Shown: positions 23,945 to 36,136 of the stretch, in pieces
Layout: each line of letters opens with the position of its first letter
Numbering within the stretch: position 1 is the stretch's first letter
Assembly: GCA_951406725.2 (NCBI GenBank)
Contig: OX597815.1
Coordinates: forward strand, 58,032,001 to 58,096,000
Direction: 5' to 3'
Source: Octopus vulgaris
Lineage: Eukaryota
DNA: 64,000 bases
Notes under the pieces: model-generated
Told to the model about the DNA's origin: nothing
The model's input: only the letters and a program-made list of their open reading frames with translations
Databases searched by the model: none
Translations under genes and position numbers: made by a program

Positions 23945-24433
23945 CCCCCCTTCAGTCATGAATGACCATGAGATTGCACCTAGAAAGTTACCCTCCAAGG
24001 CACAAGTCTGGCCAAGGTTGTTTATGGAAGACCAGCAGTCGCCCACACATACGAGCCTCTCCTCTCCACGTCACCGATGTTATCCAAGGGAAAGGCAAAG
24101 GCCAATACAGCTTGGCACCAGTGACGTCACAGCTCATTTATTAATGTGCAAGTGGCTGAGCACTCCACATACACATGTACCCTTAATGTAGTTCTCAGGG
24201 AAATTCAGCGTGACACAGTGTGACAAGGCTGGCCCTTTGAAATACAGACACAACAGAAACAGGAAGAAAGAGTGAGAGAAAATTGTGTTAAAGAGTACAG
24301 CAGAGTTCACTACCACCCCCTGCCGGAGCCTCATGCAGCTTTAGGTGTTTTCGCTCAATAAACACTCACAATACCCGGTCTGGGATCCTACAATCACGAG
24401 TCCGCTGCCCTAACCACTGGGCCATTGCGCCTT
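23945..24433 (-). mobile_element. tRNA-derived SINE, second family
   Basis: Minus head ggcgcaatggcccagtggttagggcagcggactcg (A box, tRNA-like); body of ~490 bp between microsatellites. Confidence 0.8.
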
Positions 24434-24470
24434 CGCACACACACACACGCACATATATATATATATATAT

Positions 24471-25280
24471 ACTACATGTGTGGAAATTTGTGGGTGTGTT
24501 TGTTTGTGGTATTGTTATCTAACTCCTCCTACATCGTTTTATCGATTTTGATGAAACTTGGCATGTGAGTAGAACTCATGTTAAGAAAACTAGTGACATA
24601 CTTAGATTGCTGAAAAGAAAAAAATCAATAATAGGCCCCCTTGAAGGGATCCTTATATCTACTACATATAACTAATATATTATTTTTAAACATCCAAGGG
24701 AAATAACCCATTCGCTCCTGAGCATGATCAGCTTATATAGCCAAGGGAAATAACCTATTCCTGTTTGCAAATTATTTTGTATAAATCAAATTAAGTATGC
24801 TTATTTTTTAGTATTTGAACTATTTGAGTTATTTTTGCAATTTATCCAGTACAACGCTTAAACAAGTAAATAGTATTTTCCTAAACAATAGATCCACTTA
24901 TTTTGGTTAGTGACATATTCACGAATATACCAACACTAATATTGCTGAGGGTAATATTCTCTGCAAATGCACAAAAGCTTTTTCAAAGTTATTTACTTTG
25001 AATTGTTATTATCACATATCATTATTTAAATTCTTACTATCAGGTAATTAATATCCTGTTATTACATAACTGACTTCACGATTTGGGTATTCATAACTTA
25101 TTGGGAATTCCTAAAGACAAGATCCTGTGTAACACAGTTCAGTATTCTCAATAAATACACAAAAACTGTTTTAAGGGCTACATACTTAGTATTATTGTTA
25201 CTGGATTAGCGAAACAATTATGAGAATGGAACCAAGGGATAAGCTCCACTTTCCCGGGAATTACTGGGTACGTCAGCTAG
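24471..25280 (+). mobile_element. Non-autonomous Helitron
   Basis: 3' hairpin cccgggaattactggg then CTAG|T; 5' subterminal cgattttgatgaaacttgg motif; no TSD. Confidence 0.65.
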
Positions 25281-25282
25281 TA

Positions 25283-25560
25283 TCATCATCATCATCATCA
25301 TCGTTTAACGTTCGTTTTCCATGCTAGCATAGGTTGGACGGTTCGACCGGGGTCTGGGAAGCCAGGAGGCTGCACCAAGCTCCAGTTTGATCTGGTAGTG
25401 TTTCTACAGTTGGATGCCCTTCCTAACGCCAACCCCTCCATGAGTATAGGGGTTGCTTTTTAAGTGCCATCGGGACAGGTGCCAGGGGAGGCAGGCAATG
25501 GCCACAATTGGTTGGTGCATTTTACGTGCCACCGGCACAGAAGCCAGTTAAGGCGGCACT
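25283..25560 (-). mobile_element. RTE/SINE shared 3' tail
   Basis: (cat)n-gtttaacgttcgttttccatgctagcat... family sequence. Confidence 0.9.
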
Positions 25561-25728
25561 ATATATACACATACACACACATAGGCATATATACACATAC
25601 ATATATGTGCACATGCACACACATACACCACACATTTTTTTCATCTCTCCCTTTCTTGTGCCAACTCTTTTGCTCTCCTTTCTTGTTACCTTTCCCTACG
25701 GTTACATTTTAGAATATATACATATATA

Positions 25729-25777
<49 letters not shown>

Positions 25778-25974
25778 TTATATTATTGAAAAAATTGGAA
25801 TCAACAAGAAGGGGTACAATTGAGCATTTATTTTTTAATCACTACAATTATTTTGCAGCAATGTAGTTCTCCAGGTGTGCAGGTACTTGATTATGCAACT
25901 GTTTCCCTGCATTATGAGAATATATCATAACTATATATATATACATACATACATACATTCATATATATATATAC

Positions 25975-26140
25975 ACTCACGGAGTGGTTGGCGTTAGGAA
26001 GGGCATCCAGCCGTAGAAACACTGCCAGATCAGACTGGACCTGATGCAGCTTTCTGGCTTCACAGACCCCAGTTGAACCGTCCAACCCATGCTAGCATGG
26101 AAAGCAGACGCTAAATGATGATGATGATGATGATGATGAT
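25975..26140 (+). mobile_element. RTE/SINE shared 3' tail (short)
   Basis: gagtggttggcgttaggaagggcatccag...(atg)n within a (TA)n context. Confidence 0.9.
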
Positions 26141-26492
26141 GTATATATATATATATATAGTTATGGCATAAATAACTGTTGGAGTATCTCAACTTATCTA
26201 CATATAACTTCCTTAATGTCCTTTCACTCTGATGATATTTCACTCAAAATCTTCAAAATGCAAGCTTATTTTATTACATATGTCTTGTAATTTGTAATGA
26301 GTGTTAATTGAAACAATTGTTGGCCATGTTAATAAAATTAATTCATATCCATTAAATCTTTCCATTTTCTTACTTAATTTGATATTTATAATATATCTAT
26401 TGAAGAGGTATCTCTTAACACTATAATATATTAAACCAGTGTAACTTGGATGGAACCATCCCTATAAGAGGTTTTTATATCCTCATAATGAC

Positions 26493-26523
<31 letters not shown>

Positions 26524-26548
26524 TATATATATATACATATGCATATAT

Positions 26549-26604
<56 letters not shown>

Positions 26605-27879
26605 TGCTCCTCCTCCCCCATTCCCGTCGTCCATCTGCGACCATACTTCCGTCGTAACTGCTATCCTGTCCTTTCTCGCCCGCCTTCTAAGGCCACTGGT
26701 CGACATCTTCCTCTCTCGTCGTCCACTATAATCCAGCGTTTGCAATACTTTTTTCGTCTGGCGTTAACAGCCCTTCTTATCTTGTTCTCCTTGTCCTGTC
26801 TCTCACCGTTATATATTTATTTTTCCACTGTTTATATATATATTTTTTACTGTTTATATGTTTGTACTGTCGTTACCGTCTTGCTTTTTTTACCCCTCTG
26901 CGAAAAGATCTCAGAATTTTAATTGATTTGCTTTTCGCAGGAAGGAATTTTTCATTCGAAGTATACGTCTCGCTTTTATCCTTCGAAACGTTTAGTAGAT
27001 GAAACTTTAGCGACTGAAGAAGGGGATTTTTCGTTGTGCTTATTGTCCTGTATCTCTCTCCTTTTTTTTGCCTGTCTTGTTCCTTGGTTTGTGTCTATGT
27101 TTTTCGTCTCTCTATGTGTTCGACGTCTTTTTGGTGTCCTGTACTCATATATGCGTGTATATGTACATGTAGAGGTAGGTACGTACATATATGTTTATAT
27201 ATATGCATATATTTTTTATTAACATATATATATATATATATATACATACATATATATATATATACATATACATATATATATTTAAAAAACATCTGATAAA
27301 TAAACATACAAGCATATACTAAATACACAGATGAATGGAACACACAGGTCACCAACTCCTCATAAGTTATCAGTCAAGAAGGTCATGCATAATTTTGGCC
27401 ATTATTAATAATATTGCTTCCATTTTGGAGACACTGGCAAGAAACTTGCCAGGAATGGGACAAATCACAAAACGAGATAGGCTCGAGATGAGACCATTAG
27501 TGAACAGACGAGGGACAAAGCAATACATAGAATAAAGACTTAGGGCCACATAGAAACAATAATTAAAATGATAATAATACACATACAGCAAAAAACAAGC
27601 CTTAGGGCTGCATGACAAGACAAAAATGGGCAACGCAAAGGAGAAATGAAAACTGTCCTAAAAGACTATAAAGGGAGAGGTAGTCACAATGAGGACATTT
27701 AAATGAGGGCATTTAATTTTGTTTGTAAAATGAAACAATTGTAGGTGAATATGTTAATTAATTAATAAATCAATTTGTATCCATTAGATCTCTCTGTTTT
27801 ATAACTCCATAATGTATAGTTCTATATTTAAGAGATGAGGAATTATGTACATTATTTACATTTGACAGATATTTGTCCT

Positions 27880-28612
27880 CATCCAAGTATGGATTCAAGA
27901 CATCCTTATACTGCAAGCCGACCTTCACTGGACGATACCTCAACTTCAATTCCCACCATTCATACAGTGTAAAGAGAGGGATTACTCAGTGCCTAAAACA
28001 TCAAGCAAAGAATATAAGTAGTGATCATGATACCCACCACGAAGAAATGATCACACTAAGTAACAACTACCTCAAAAACATACTATCCACTCCAGTTATG
28101 AAGAAAAGAGAGGATGAAACCAATAAACTGTCCACAGTCTGTCTAGCCTATGTGAAAGGCCTCTCCTAAAAGATACAAAAGATATGTGGCTAATATGACA
28201 TCAGAACAGTATTCAAGAGTAATACAATACTTCACAAATATCTCCTTCGAGTAAAACCACCAATAGAAGAGAATATGACCAAAGACTGTGTGTACTCCAT
28301 CCCATGCAGCTGTGGTAGGTTATACAAAGCTGAAACATGCAGACTCCTCAAAATAAGGGTAGAGGAACATTGCAAAGCTGTGACATGAGGAGATATTGAT
28401 AAATCGGGTATAGCTGATCATGTATGGAAAAATGGAGACCAACTCCCCCTGTGGGTTGAAGTTAAAATAATAGAGAACACCACTGGAAAATACAGAAACT
28501 AAAAGAAGCAGCACATATGTTAGGACACACAAACCTCCTAAGCAGACTGAGTGCAGATATAAGTAGCATATGGGAACTGGTATTAAGGAAGGATAGGAAA
28601 ATATTAGATTTA
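27880..28612 (+). mobile_element. Penelope-like element 3' part (RT thumb plus GIY-YIG endonuclease), degenerate
   Basis: TSLYCKPTFTGRYLNFNSHH (PLE RT C-terminus), then DCVYSIPCSCGRLYKAET..RVEEH..SGIADHVW, with stops. Confidence 0.85.
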
Positions 28613-28636
28613 TAAGCCCTAAAATTCACTCCATAA

Positions 28637-28708
28637 TTGCCTACGTAATGGTTTAGAGCGTGGGCTACTAACCCCAACATTCCAAGTTTGATTCCAGACA
28701 GTGACCTG
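28637..28708 (+). other. Degenerate tRNA-like segment abutting the Penelope 3' end
   Basis: taatggtttagagcg (D-arm/A-box-like), tggg-ctactaac-ccca (anticodon-arm-like) and agtttgattcc (B-box-like), followed by (AAT)n. Confidence 0.5.
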
Positions 28709-28766
28709 AATAAGAATGAGAATGAAAATGAGAATGAGAATGATAATGATAATTATAATCATAATC

Positions 28767-28797
<31 letters not shown>

Positions 28798-31142
28798 GAT
28801 CCCCAACTTCTGGTTGAAATATCTAACAGGAATGCACAAAAAGCTGGCTGAAAACTTTAACAGCATACTAGCAGAGCCAGAGAAAATGCCTGAATGGCTC
28901 ACGAAGGGGAAAACCATCTTAATTCCCAAATCAAATGAAACAGCAAAACCAGAAAACTACAGACCAATAACCTGCCTCCCTACTATGTTCAAGGCATTTA
29001 CTGCAGTGATATCGCAAAGGCTGAACAAGCACCTGGACGAAAACAAACTGTTCCCAGAAGAGCAGAAAGGATGCCGCAAAGGCTCATATGGCTGTAAAGA
29101 TCAACTAATGATTAATAAAGCCGTAACTGAAGACAGCCACAGAAAGAAGAAAGGCCTCAGTATGGCCTGGATTGACTACAAAAAGGCGTTTGATAGCATC
29201 CCCCACACATGGATCCTCGAAACACTAGCCATTAACAAAGTAGCACCAACAATCATAAAATTCATAGAGCACTCTATGAATAAATGGCAAACAGTCCTAC
29301 ATCTCCAAACAAAAGAGGGACTCATGAAAACCAAAGACATCCCCATCAGAAGAGGAATATTCCAGGGAGACACGCTCTCTCCACTCCTTTTCTGCTTGGC
29401 ACTGTCACCTCTATCTGATATGCTAAATAGAACTGGATGCGGATATAAATGTTACGGCAAAACGATCAGCCACCTTTTATATATGGATGACCTAAAACTA
29501 TACGCTGCAAATGACAAACAGCTGGAAACACTATTAAAGACAGTTCATGGATTTACCAAAGAAATAGATATGAAATTTGGATTAGAAAAATGCGCCAAAG
29601 TAACCATGAAAAGAGGAAAACTAGTTAAAAGTAACAACATCACACTAGATAAAACCAATGAAATAAAAGAATTAGACCAAAGCCAAACTTACAAATACTT
29701 AGGAATCCATGAACTAGATAAGACACAACACACACAAATGAAAGAGAAAATAAAAAAAGAATATTATAGACGAGTTAGATCAATACTAAAAACAGAGCTC
29801 AATGCTAAAAACAAGATAATAGGTATCAACACTTTAGCTGTCCCAGTTATAAGTTACAGCTACAATATCCTTAACTGGACACGAAATGAACTGTCCAAAA
29901 TAGATAGGAAAACAAGAAAAATACTGACAGGATCTAGGATGCATCACCCAAAATCTGACATAGAAAGACTATATATACAACGTATAGAAGGTGGTAGAGG
30001 CCTTATACAGCTGGAAAACTACTATAAAATAACCACCATAGGACTGCAAAAATACCTACTTCAGAAGGAAGGAAAACTGATCCAGATAGCAGCAAAACAC
30101 GAGCAAAACAAAAAAACTGTTCTCAGTATTTAAGGAAGCTGACAAATACAAACAAGAAATCATACCACCTAATAAACACGAAGAAGAAGAAGAAGAAGAT
30201 GATGAAGAAACAACAAAAGCTATAAAACAAATGAAATCCAAACTAAAAATAGAACAGCAACGAACCATGATAAAACGATGGCAAGAAAAGCCCCTTCATG
30301 GTAAATACTGCACTAAACTAAACGCAAAAGAAATAGACAAAGAAAGATCCCAGCAATGGTTGAGAAGCTCAGGACTCAAAGCAGAAACAGAGGGATTTTT
30401 AATTGCAGCACAAGACCAAAGCCTCCCCACCAGAAATTACCAAAAACATGTAATGAAAAGAAATATTACAAGTAACTGCAGAATATGTGGAGATGGACAA
30501 GAAACAATAAATCATATTATCTCTAGCTGCCCAGTCCTGGCTAAGAAGGAATATATTCACAGACATGACAGAGTTGGAACCTACATACACTGGAAGCTAT
30601 GCCAACATTATGGAATAACAACAGAAAAAAGATGGTATAGGCACACACCAGAAAAGGTTACAGAAAACGAGAAAGCAACAATACTCTGGGATATGCCGAT
30701 ACACACAGATAGAGAAATTAAGGCCAACAGACCAGATATAGTTGTCAGAGATCATGAAGAAAAAAATGCTTTCTAATTGATGTATCAATACCGGCAGATG
30801 ACAACGTGTCTCTAAAAGAAATGGAGAAACTCTCAAAATACAAAGACCTGGAAATAGAGGTAACTAGAATGTGGAATCTGAAAACAGAAACAATTCCTAT
30901 CATAGTAGGTGCATTAGGCATGATAAAAAAATATTCAGACAAATACATAACAAAAACACCAGGACTTACAAACACATATATCATACAGAAAATTGCACTA
31001 CTAGGCACTGCACACATCCTACGCAGAGCACTTTTCATACAATAACCATCAGAGCATCACAACAAATCACAGCACATACCCAAGGCACACAGAGCTGCGC
31101 TCGGTAGTGAAGTGAAAGCACGCTATAAAAATAAAACTACTG
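28798..31142 (+). mobile_element. R4/Dong-clade non-LTR retrotransposon (RT plus restriction-like endonuclease), 5'-truncated, in (AAT)n
   Basis: RT motifs YRPITCL, EQKG, WIDYKKAFDS, GIFQGD, LYMDD, YKYLG; CCHC CRICG..ETINHIISSC; RHD; RPDIVV..LIDVSIP..K..KY. (AAT)n on both flanks; only two frameshifts. Confidence 0.95.
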
Positions 31143-31159
31143 AATAATAATAATAATAA

Positions 31160-31690
31160 ATGCCCTGATGCAGTACCAGACTCATGGCTTCTGAGCTTAA
31201 CTGATTGGAAGTGTTATCATGTACATTGCTTTGTCTTAGTATAAAAGATGGGCTACAGCAAATATTCTGCACAGATTTGCTTGTCAGTTGTTTGACCGTA
31301 ATCAGTTGAGCATGTCCCTTAGTGGCTGACGATATGTGCATCTCTGATCATGAGCAGAAGTAGTGGGGGAGCATCATAACCATGTTGAAAGGAATTCTTG
31401 GAGGTTTGGATAATTCACCTTTGGAAGCATGGGTGGTTTGTTCAACATCCTTAAACAATCCTTATTCAGGGACCTTTTGAGCGGGATGGGCTACTCGACC
31501 AGAAGAAAATTCTAACTGGGCCCCACCTGCAAGGTCATGTGCTGTTAATCTTGATATGAGATCATCATGTTGCGCACATATGTGCCTGGTGTACCCTTAT
31601 CAGACAGGTAGTCATGATGGGTATACTGGGCTTCATATATTTAACCCCAGTGTCACTTTGATAGCATGCACTGCTCTCTCATTCAATAAT
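31160..31690 (+). mobile_element. Non-coding interspersed element flanked by AAT repeats
   Basis: Starts immediately after (AAT)n at 31159 and ends ctctcattcaataat; GC higher than surroundings; no ORF. Confidence 0.45.
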
Positions 31691-31695
31691 ATCTA

Positions 31696-32160
31696 CTATG
31701 TATATTTCCTATTTAGTATTGGGGAGATTTCATTTATAAGGACATACTCCTGTATTTGTCTGAGTGTTGCGTCTTTTGGGTGCTTGGATAAGATGCAGAT
31801 GTCAAGTTGACCCAATTTGCCTCCATGGTGGTCTTTGGCATGTTGGTAGAGTATGGAAGACTGTTTTTTGTCGTCATACTGTCTCAGATGTTCATTTATT
31901 TGTTCCGCAATGCTCCAGGATGTTTCCTCTATGTACATCATGTTCATTTCTTTACAAGCACCTTCTATGCATCTTATGCCATAAACTACATTTCGAGTTC
32001 TACAGTTAATGCCAGGGTTAATCCTACATACCATGCAGTTATCATTGGTGCATATCGTATTCTCAGAGGGGTACATCCTACATAGTTGTGATCTGACGAA
32101 GTTCCCTGGCTTTTCAACAATCTTAATGTTGAGTTTGGTCTCCTTCAGAGCTTTTCTAAA
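31696..32160 (-). mobile_element. Penelope-like GIY-YIG endonuclease fragment, second family
   Basis: ORF 31696-32076: C..CMVC..NCRTRNVVYGIRC..C..YIEET..EH..LYQH..RQIQE..I..P.LN. Confidence 0.85.
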
Positions 32161-32204
32161 TCTATGAAAATAAACAGATCAACATACAGACGGATAGGTA
32201 CATA

Positions 32205-32630
32205 GGTTATAAGAACAGACAAACACACATACGCAAATGGACACTGACACACACGACCATATACACACACTTTACTCCACACAAGGACACATATGGAGAC
32301 ACGGATCTACACATATAGAGATGCACATCCATCCATACATACAAACATGGTACATAGTTGCATAACACATACATACACACACAGACATGCACACACAAGG
32401 AGACATAGGTGCATACATATACAAACACACACTCACACACACACATACATAGAAAATACCCAAACAAGGACATGCAAGCACATGAATATACAGGATACAT
32501 ACATAGACGCACACACACACACACACATATACATACACATGCATACATACACATACATATGTACATGCATGCATGCATAGGCACACACACACACACTGAC
32601 CCACACACATGCGCACAAACAAACAAAAAG
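32205..32630. repeat. Degenerate (CA)/(TA) microsatellite field
   Basis: Low-complexity cacata repeats; similar fields at 20590-21260, 26490-26600 and 50050-50465. Confidence 0.9.
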
Positions 32631-33981
32631 GAATGCAGTGTAAATAACAGTCAAGACTATTGAAAAGGTTGCAAGACACAATGAAAATTTTAGGAAAATA
32701 AAAATTAAAAATAAGTGGATATTTTACCGGTGAGTGTGTTACATTATAAGGCACAAAAAGAAAATGACTCTCCCCAGACATAACAGAATATGCTTCAACT
32801 CATATAAAGAATCTTGCAAACCAAATCCAAAAACTAAATATAATTCTCTATTGATGTCAATAAGGTATATATACTTCATCATGGTTTTAGTGATTAAACT
32901 ATTTTATTCCTTTTCTATGGTGTTCTACCCTACCTGATCATTTTATTATTATTTTATAATAGCCTTTATAAAATAAACCTAATTTTTGTACCCTTAGAAA
33001 TTCATACTTAGCTTATATATAACAATACGGGTATCTTCACAACTTAAAATAAACTGCTTAGATTATAATTTAATTAATATATAGTTAGCATGTTCTTTCG
33101 CCTCAGTACTCCTTTATTAAATACCAGTAAATGCCAATGATCATACGTCATAGATACCATCTAATAATTTAATTAATATTTAAGTATATAATATTTATAA
33201 ATATTAAACTATTTCTATTCCTTTCTATTTCTTTTCCTCCCTCTACTGTGGTAAAATTTGGTATATACTCAAAAGTATTCAAAAACATTTTAACCTTTTG
33301 TTATAATATTCTTCTTAATAATCTTCTTGATAACCCTAAATTTTAACTTTATATAATATAGCAATATTGTTTAAAATATTCAACTATAGGATCCCATATA
33401 AAATTTCCCTGTATTATATTTGTTTACTAGAGTCTTGCCCCTTCAATTGACAGTTAACATCTTGATTTAAGATTTCCCTTACCAAATCTCATTATATTGC
33501 TTCAAATTTTGATAGTTTTATGACTCCCTTAGCCCATTTCCTAACAGATACTGCTCCTTGTTCCTTAGATTTTTGATATACAAAAATTTGATAAAGAAGA
33601 CTATAGATTAAAACTGACCCCAAAAAAACAGTGACAAGCTAGATCTCTAACAAATCTGACAGCATGTTCTTTGTCTGTCTCCTTACCTTCTTGGAGGTCT
33701 TAGGTAAAATTATACTGTGTCCATCTGTTTTAATTTAATTTAATTCTATGTATTTATGCTCTGCATTTAAATTGATGTAATGGTTGCATTGTTCAATTAA
33801 ATGGAGTCCCTTGAAACGATCCTACTGGATTACTTCTGGATATCCTGTTGCTTATTTTGATTTTAATCACCTTATTTTGAAACTGTATGGATAATACCGT
33901 ACTAAATTCTGGTGCGTTAACCTAAGTACCTAATTCACCTGAATCTAAATTTTTGCTTATATATATATATATATATATATA

Positions 33982-34211
33982 TCATCATCCTCGTTTAACG
34001 TCCGTTTTCCATGCTAGCATGGGTTGGACGGTTCGACTAGAGTCTGGGAAGCCAGGAGGCTGTGCCAGGCTCCAGTCTGATCTGGCAGTGTTTTAACCAC
34101 TGGATGCCCTTCCTAACACCAACCACTCGGTGAGTGTAGTGGGTGCTTTTTACGTGCCACCGGCACAGGGGCCAGAGGAGGCTGGCAAACGGCCACGATC
34201 GGTTGGTGCTT
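33982..34211 (-). mobile_element. RTE/SINE shared 3' tail
   Basis: Family sequence between two (TA)n tracts. Confidence 0.9.
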
Positions 34212-34507
34212 ATATATATATATATTCATATAAATATGCTACGAAGTTTATTATAGTTGTTATGTGAATTTTTTTTATCACTATTCCTTCACTTACAGAA
34301 CGATCGGTTACGCTGAAATAAAAGTTTTTTTTAGAAGTTATTATTGATTTCGTTAATGATTGTCAATCCTTTTGACTATTTTGTTGTGTATATTCGGCAT
34401 GATTTCTTAGCATGTACCATGTTATCGTTACTTGATTTAGGTTCTCTCATGGACACTCTTGATCCAGTGGAGTATCCAGACTATGACAACGACAGTGAGA
34501 AAAGGTT

Positions 34508-34814
34508 GGGTAAAATTACAGATTAACACCCGCACGATTTTCACTAAGAAAAAAAAAAAAACTCTGATTTTTTGCGTGGAATCAAGTACTGTGACCTCGT
34601 AATATGCTGTAAATCCCATATTTGGGTTCGGAAGGGTGAGGGGGGCTTTCCCATATTTGGGTTCGGAAGGGTGGGGGGCTGTCCCCCACCCTTCCGAACC
34701 CAAATATGGGATTTACAGCATTTTACGAGGTCACAGTACTTGATTCCACGCAAAAAATCTTTTTTTTTTTTTTTGTAGTGAAAATCGTGCGGGTGTTAAT
34801 CTGTAATTTTACCC
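34508..34814. mobile_element. Palindromic MITE (GGGTAAAATTACAG TIRs)
   Basis: Arms are nearly perfect reverse complements; CpGs retained; no TSD visible. Confidence 0.85.
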
Positions 34815-35202
34815 GCGATTCGAACTCGGAGTGCAGAGAGCTGGAACAAATATCGCATCGTATTCTCTCCGACGATGGTAATAATCTGTCGACTGTTTAC
34901 TGAAGAACAATGAAAATAGGATATAATAGCATCTAAGGAAAATTACAATCGTTTATTGAAAAAATAATTTAAATCAGCTGAAAAATATACCTAGTATTCT
35001 AAAAGATAAATTCGGTAAAGCTTAATTATTAAATTGTCAAAAATAATATTCAAAAGTAAAAGTAGGAATCACGGTCCTTCGTAAGTGCAGATATCTAAAT
35101 ATCATATCCGGTTTGTCGAAGATGTAAACAAGTAGAGTTTTTCATCTGCACCCGAAGAATAGGAAGCCAAAGAAAGTGTTTCCTTATCTGTAGAATATAA
35201 TC

Positions 35203-35256
35203 ATGTGGTCCCCTACCGATTCTCCTTGGTCCCCTATAACGTCTCCACTAAATCAG
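35203..35256 (+). CDS. Candidate first coding exon of an unidentified gene (MWSPTDSPWSPITSPLNQ)
   Basis: atcATG start, 18 codons, donor cag|gtaaaa, in CpG-retaining unique sequence; no downstream exon identified. Confidence 0.3.
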
Positions 35257-36136
35257 GTAAAAAATTAAAAGCAATGTTCTTTATAATCTGCTATGTATTA
35301 TTTTATTATATGTTCAAGGATCTGAAGATGTGCTGTTTTAAGCATGTAAACTAGGTCGCATGTTTATATATATGTGTGTGTGTAGTGAACTTCTCGTTAC
35401 AGATATTCATCCTTTAGTTTTCTACATTTATCTCTTTGAGATTCTCGGTACTTTACATCTTCCCGGATGAAATGAGTACTCGAATTGATTCAGTCAACCT
35501 AATCCCCTCAAATATTGACCCTGAGCCCAAACAGGTATACTCGACCCCAATTGTTTCTTTGCTTCTCTTCAATCATTTCTATTCCAGAAACGCAATTAAC
35601 AGAACTGGTCTTATATTCGAAGGTTACTTGTGAGAAGTTTGCTCCGCATAATTGCTCGCATTTCAAAGCTGGATATATTTTCCTTATCAAAATACTAGTT
35701 ATAACCTGTATGGATTATATTTCAATTTGTTAGGGATGATACTAATTACTATTCTCATACTACTATGACCCGTAACAAGGCATATATTGACAAGGAATAA
35801 ACATGAACTTCAAAATTTCATGATATAATTTTATAATATAGGTCGTATATGACTATTACGTATTTTAATACTAAAATTATAGCCGTTGTAACATCTCTTC
35901 ATAAATTATTCTTTATAGCTGTTAGTGTCAAATTAAACATTCTTGCATTTTCCAATACTCATTCTTATATCCTACTTCACGATGAAGAGTTATTCCTATT
36001 TTCTAAATATATTTATTGTGATTACCATTCTATAAATGAAGGATATATTGATAGTATAACAGCACTAATGATGATCTTTGTATTTAATGTGCCACTTTCA
36101 TTTCGCCAGACTTTAATTTGGTCACCGCAGATGTGA

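Noticed and set aside
24380-24433. tRNA gene
   Set aside because: The T arm is deleted and the sequence runs into a SINE body; the same applies to the SINE heads at 23810-23877 and 44140-44211.
26965-27030. Possible permuted hammerhead (GAAAC...CTGAAGA)
   Set aside because: Stem II pairing is out of register and no convincing stem I forms.
28688-28797. Asn-rich N-terminus of the 481-aa ORF
   Set aside because: It is the AAT microsatellite target read in frame; the element is 5'-truncated at 28798.
35318-35362. Hammerhead-like CTGAAGA-stem-TAAA-ctagg-TC
   Set aside because: GAAA is broken and stem I does not pair; at best an unprovable relic.
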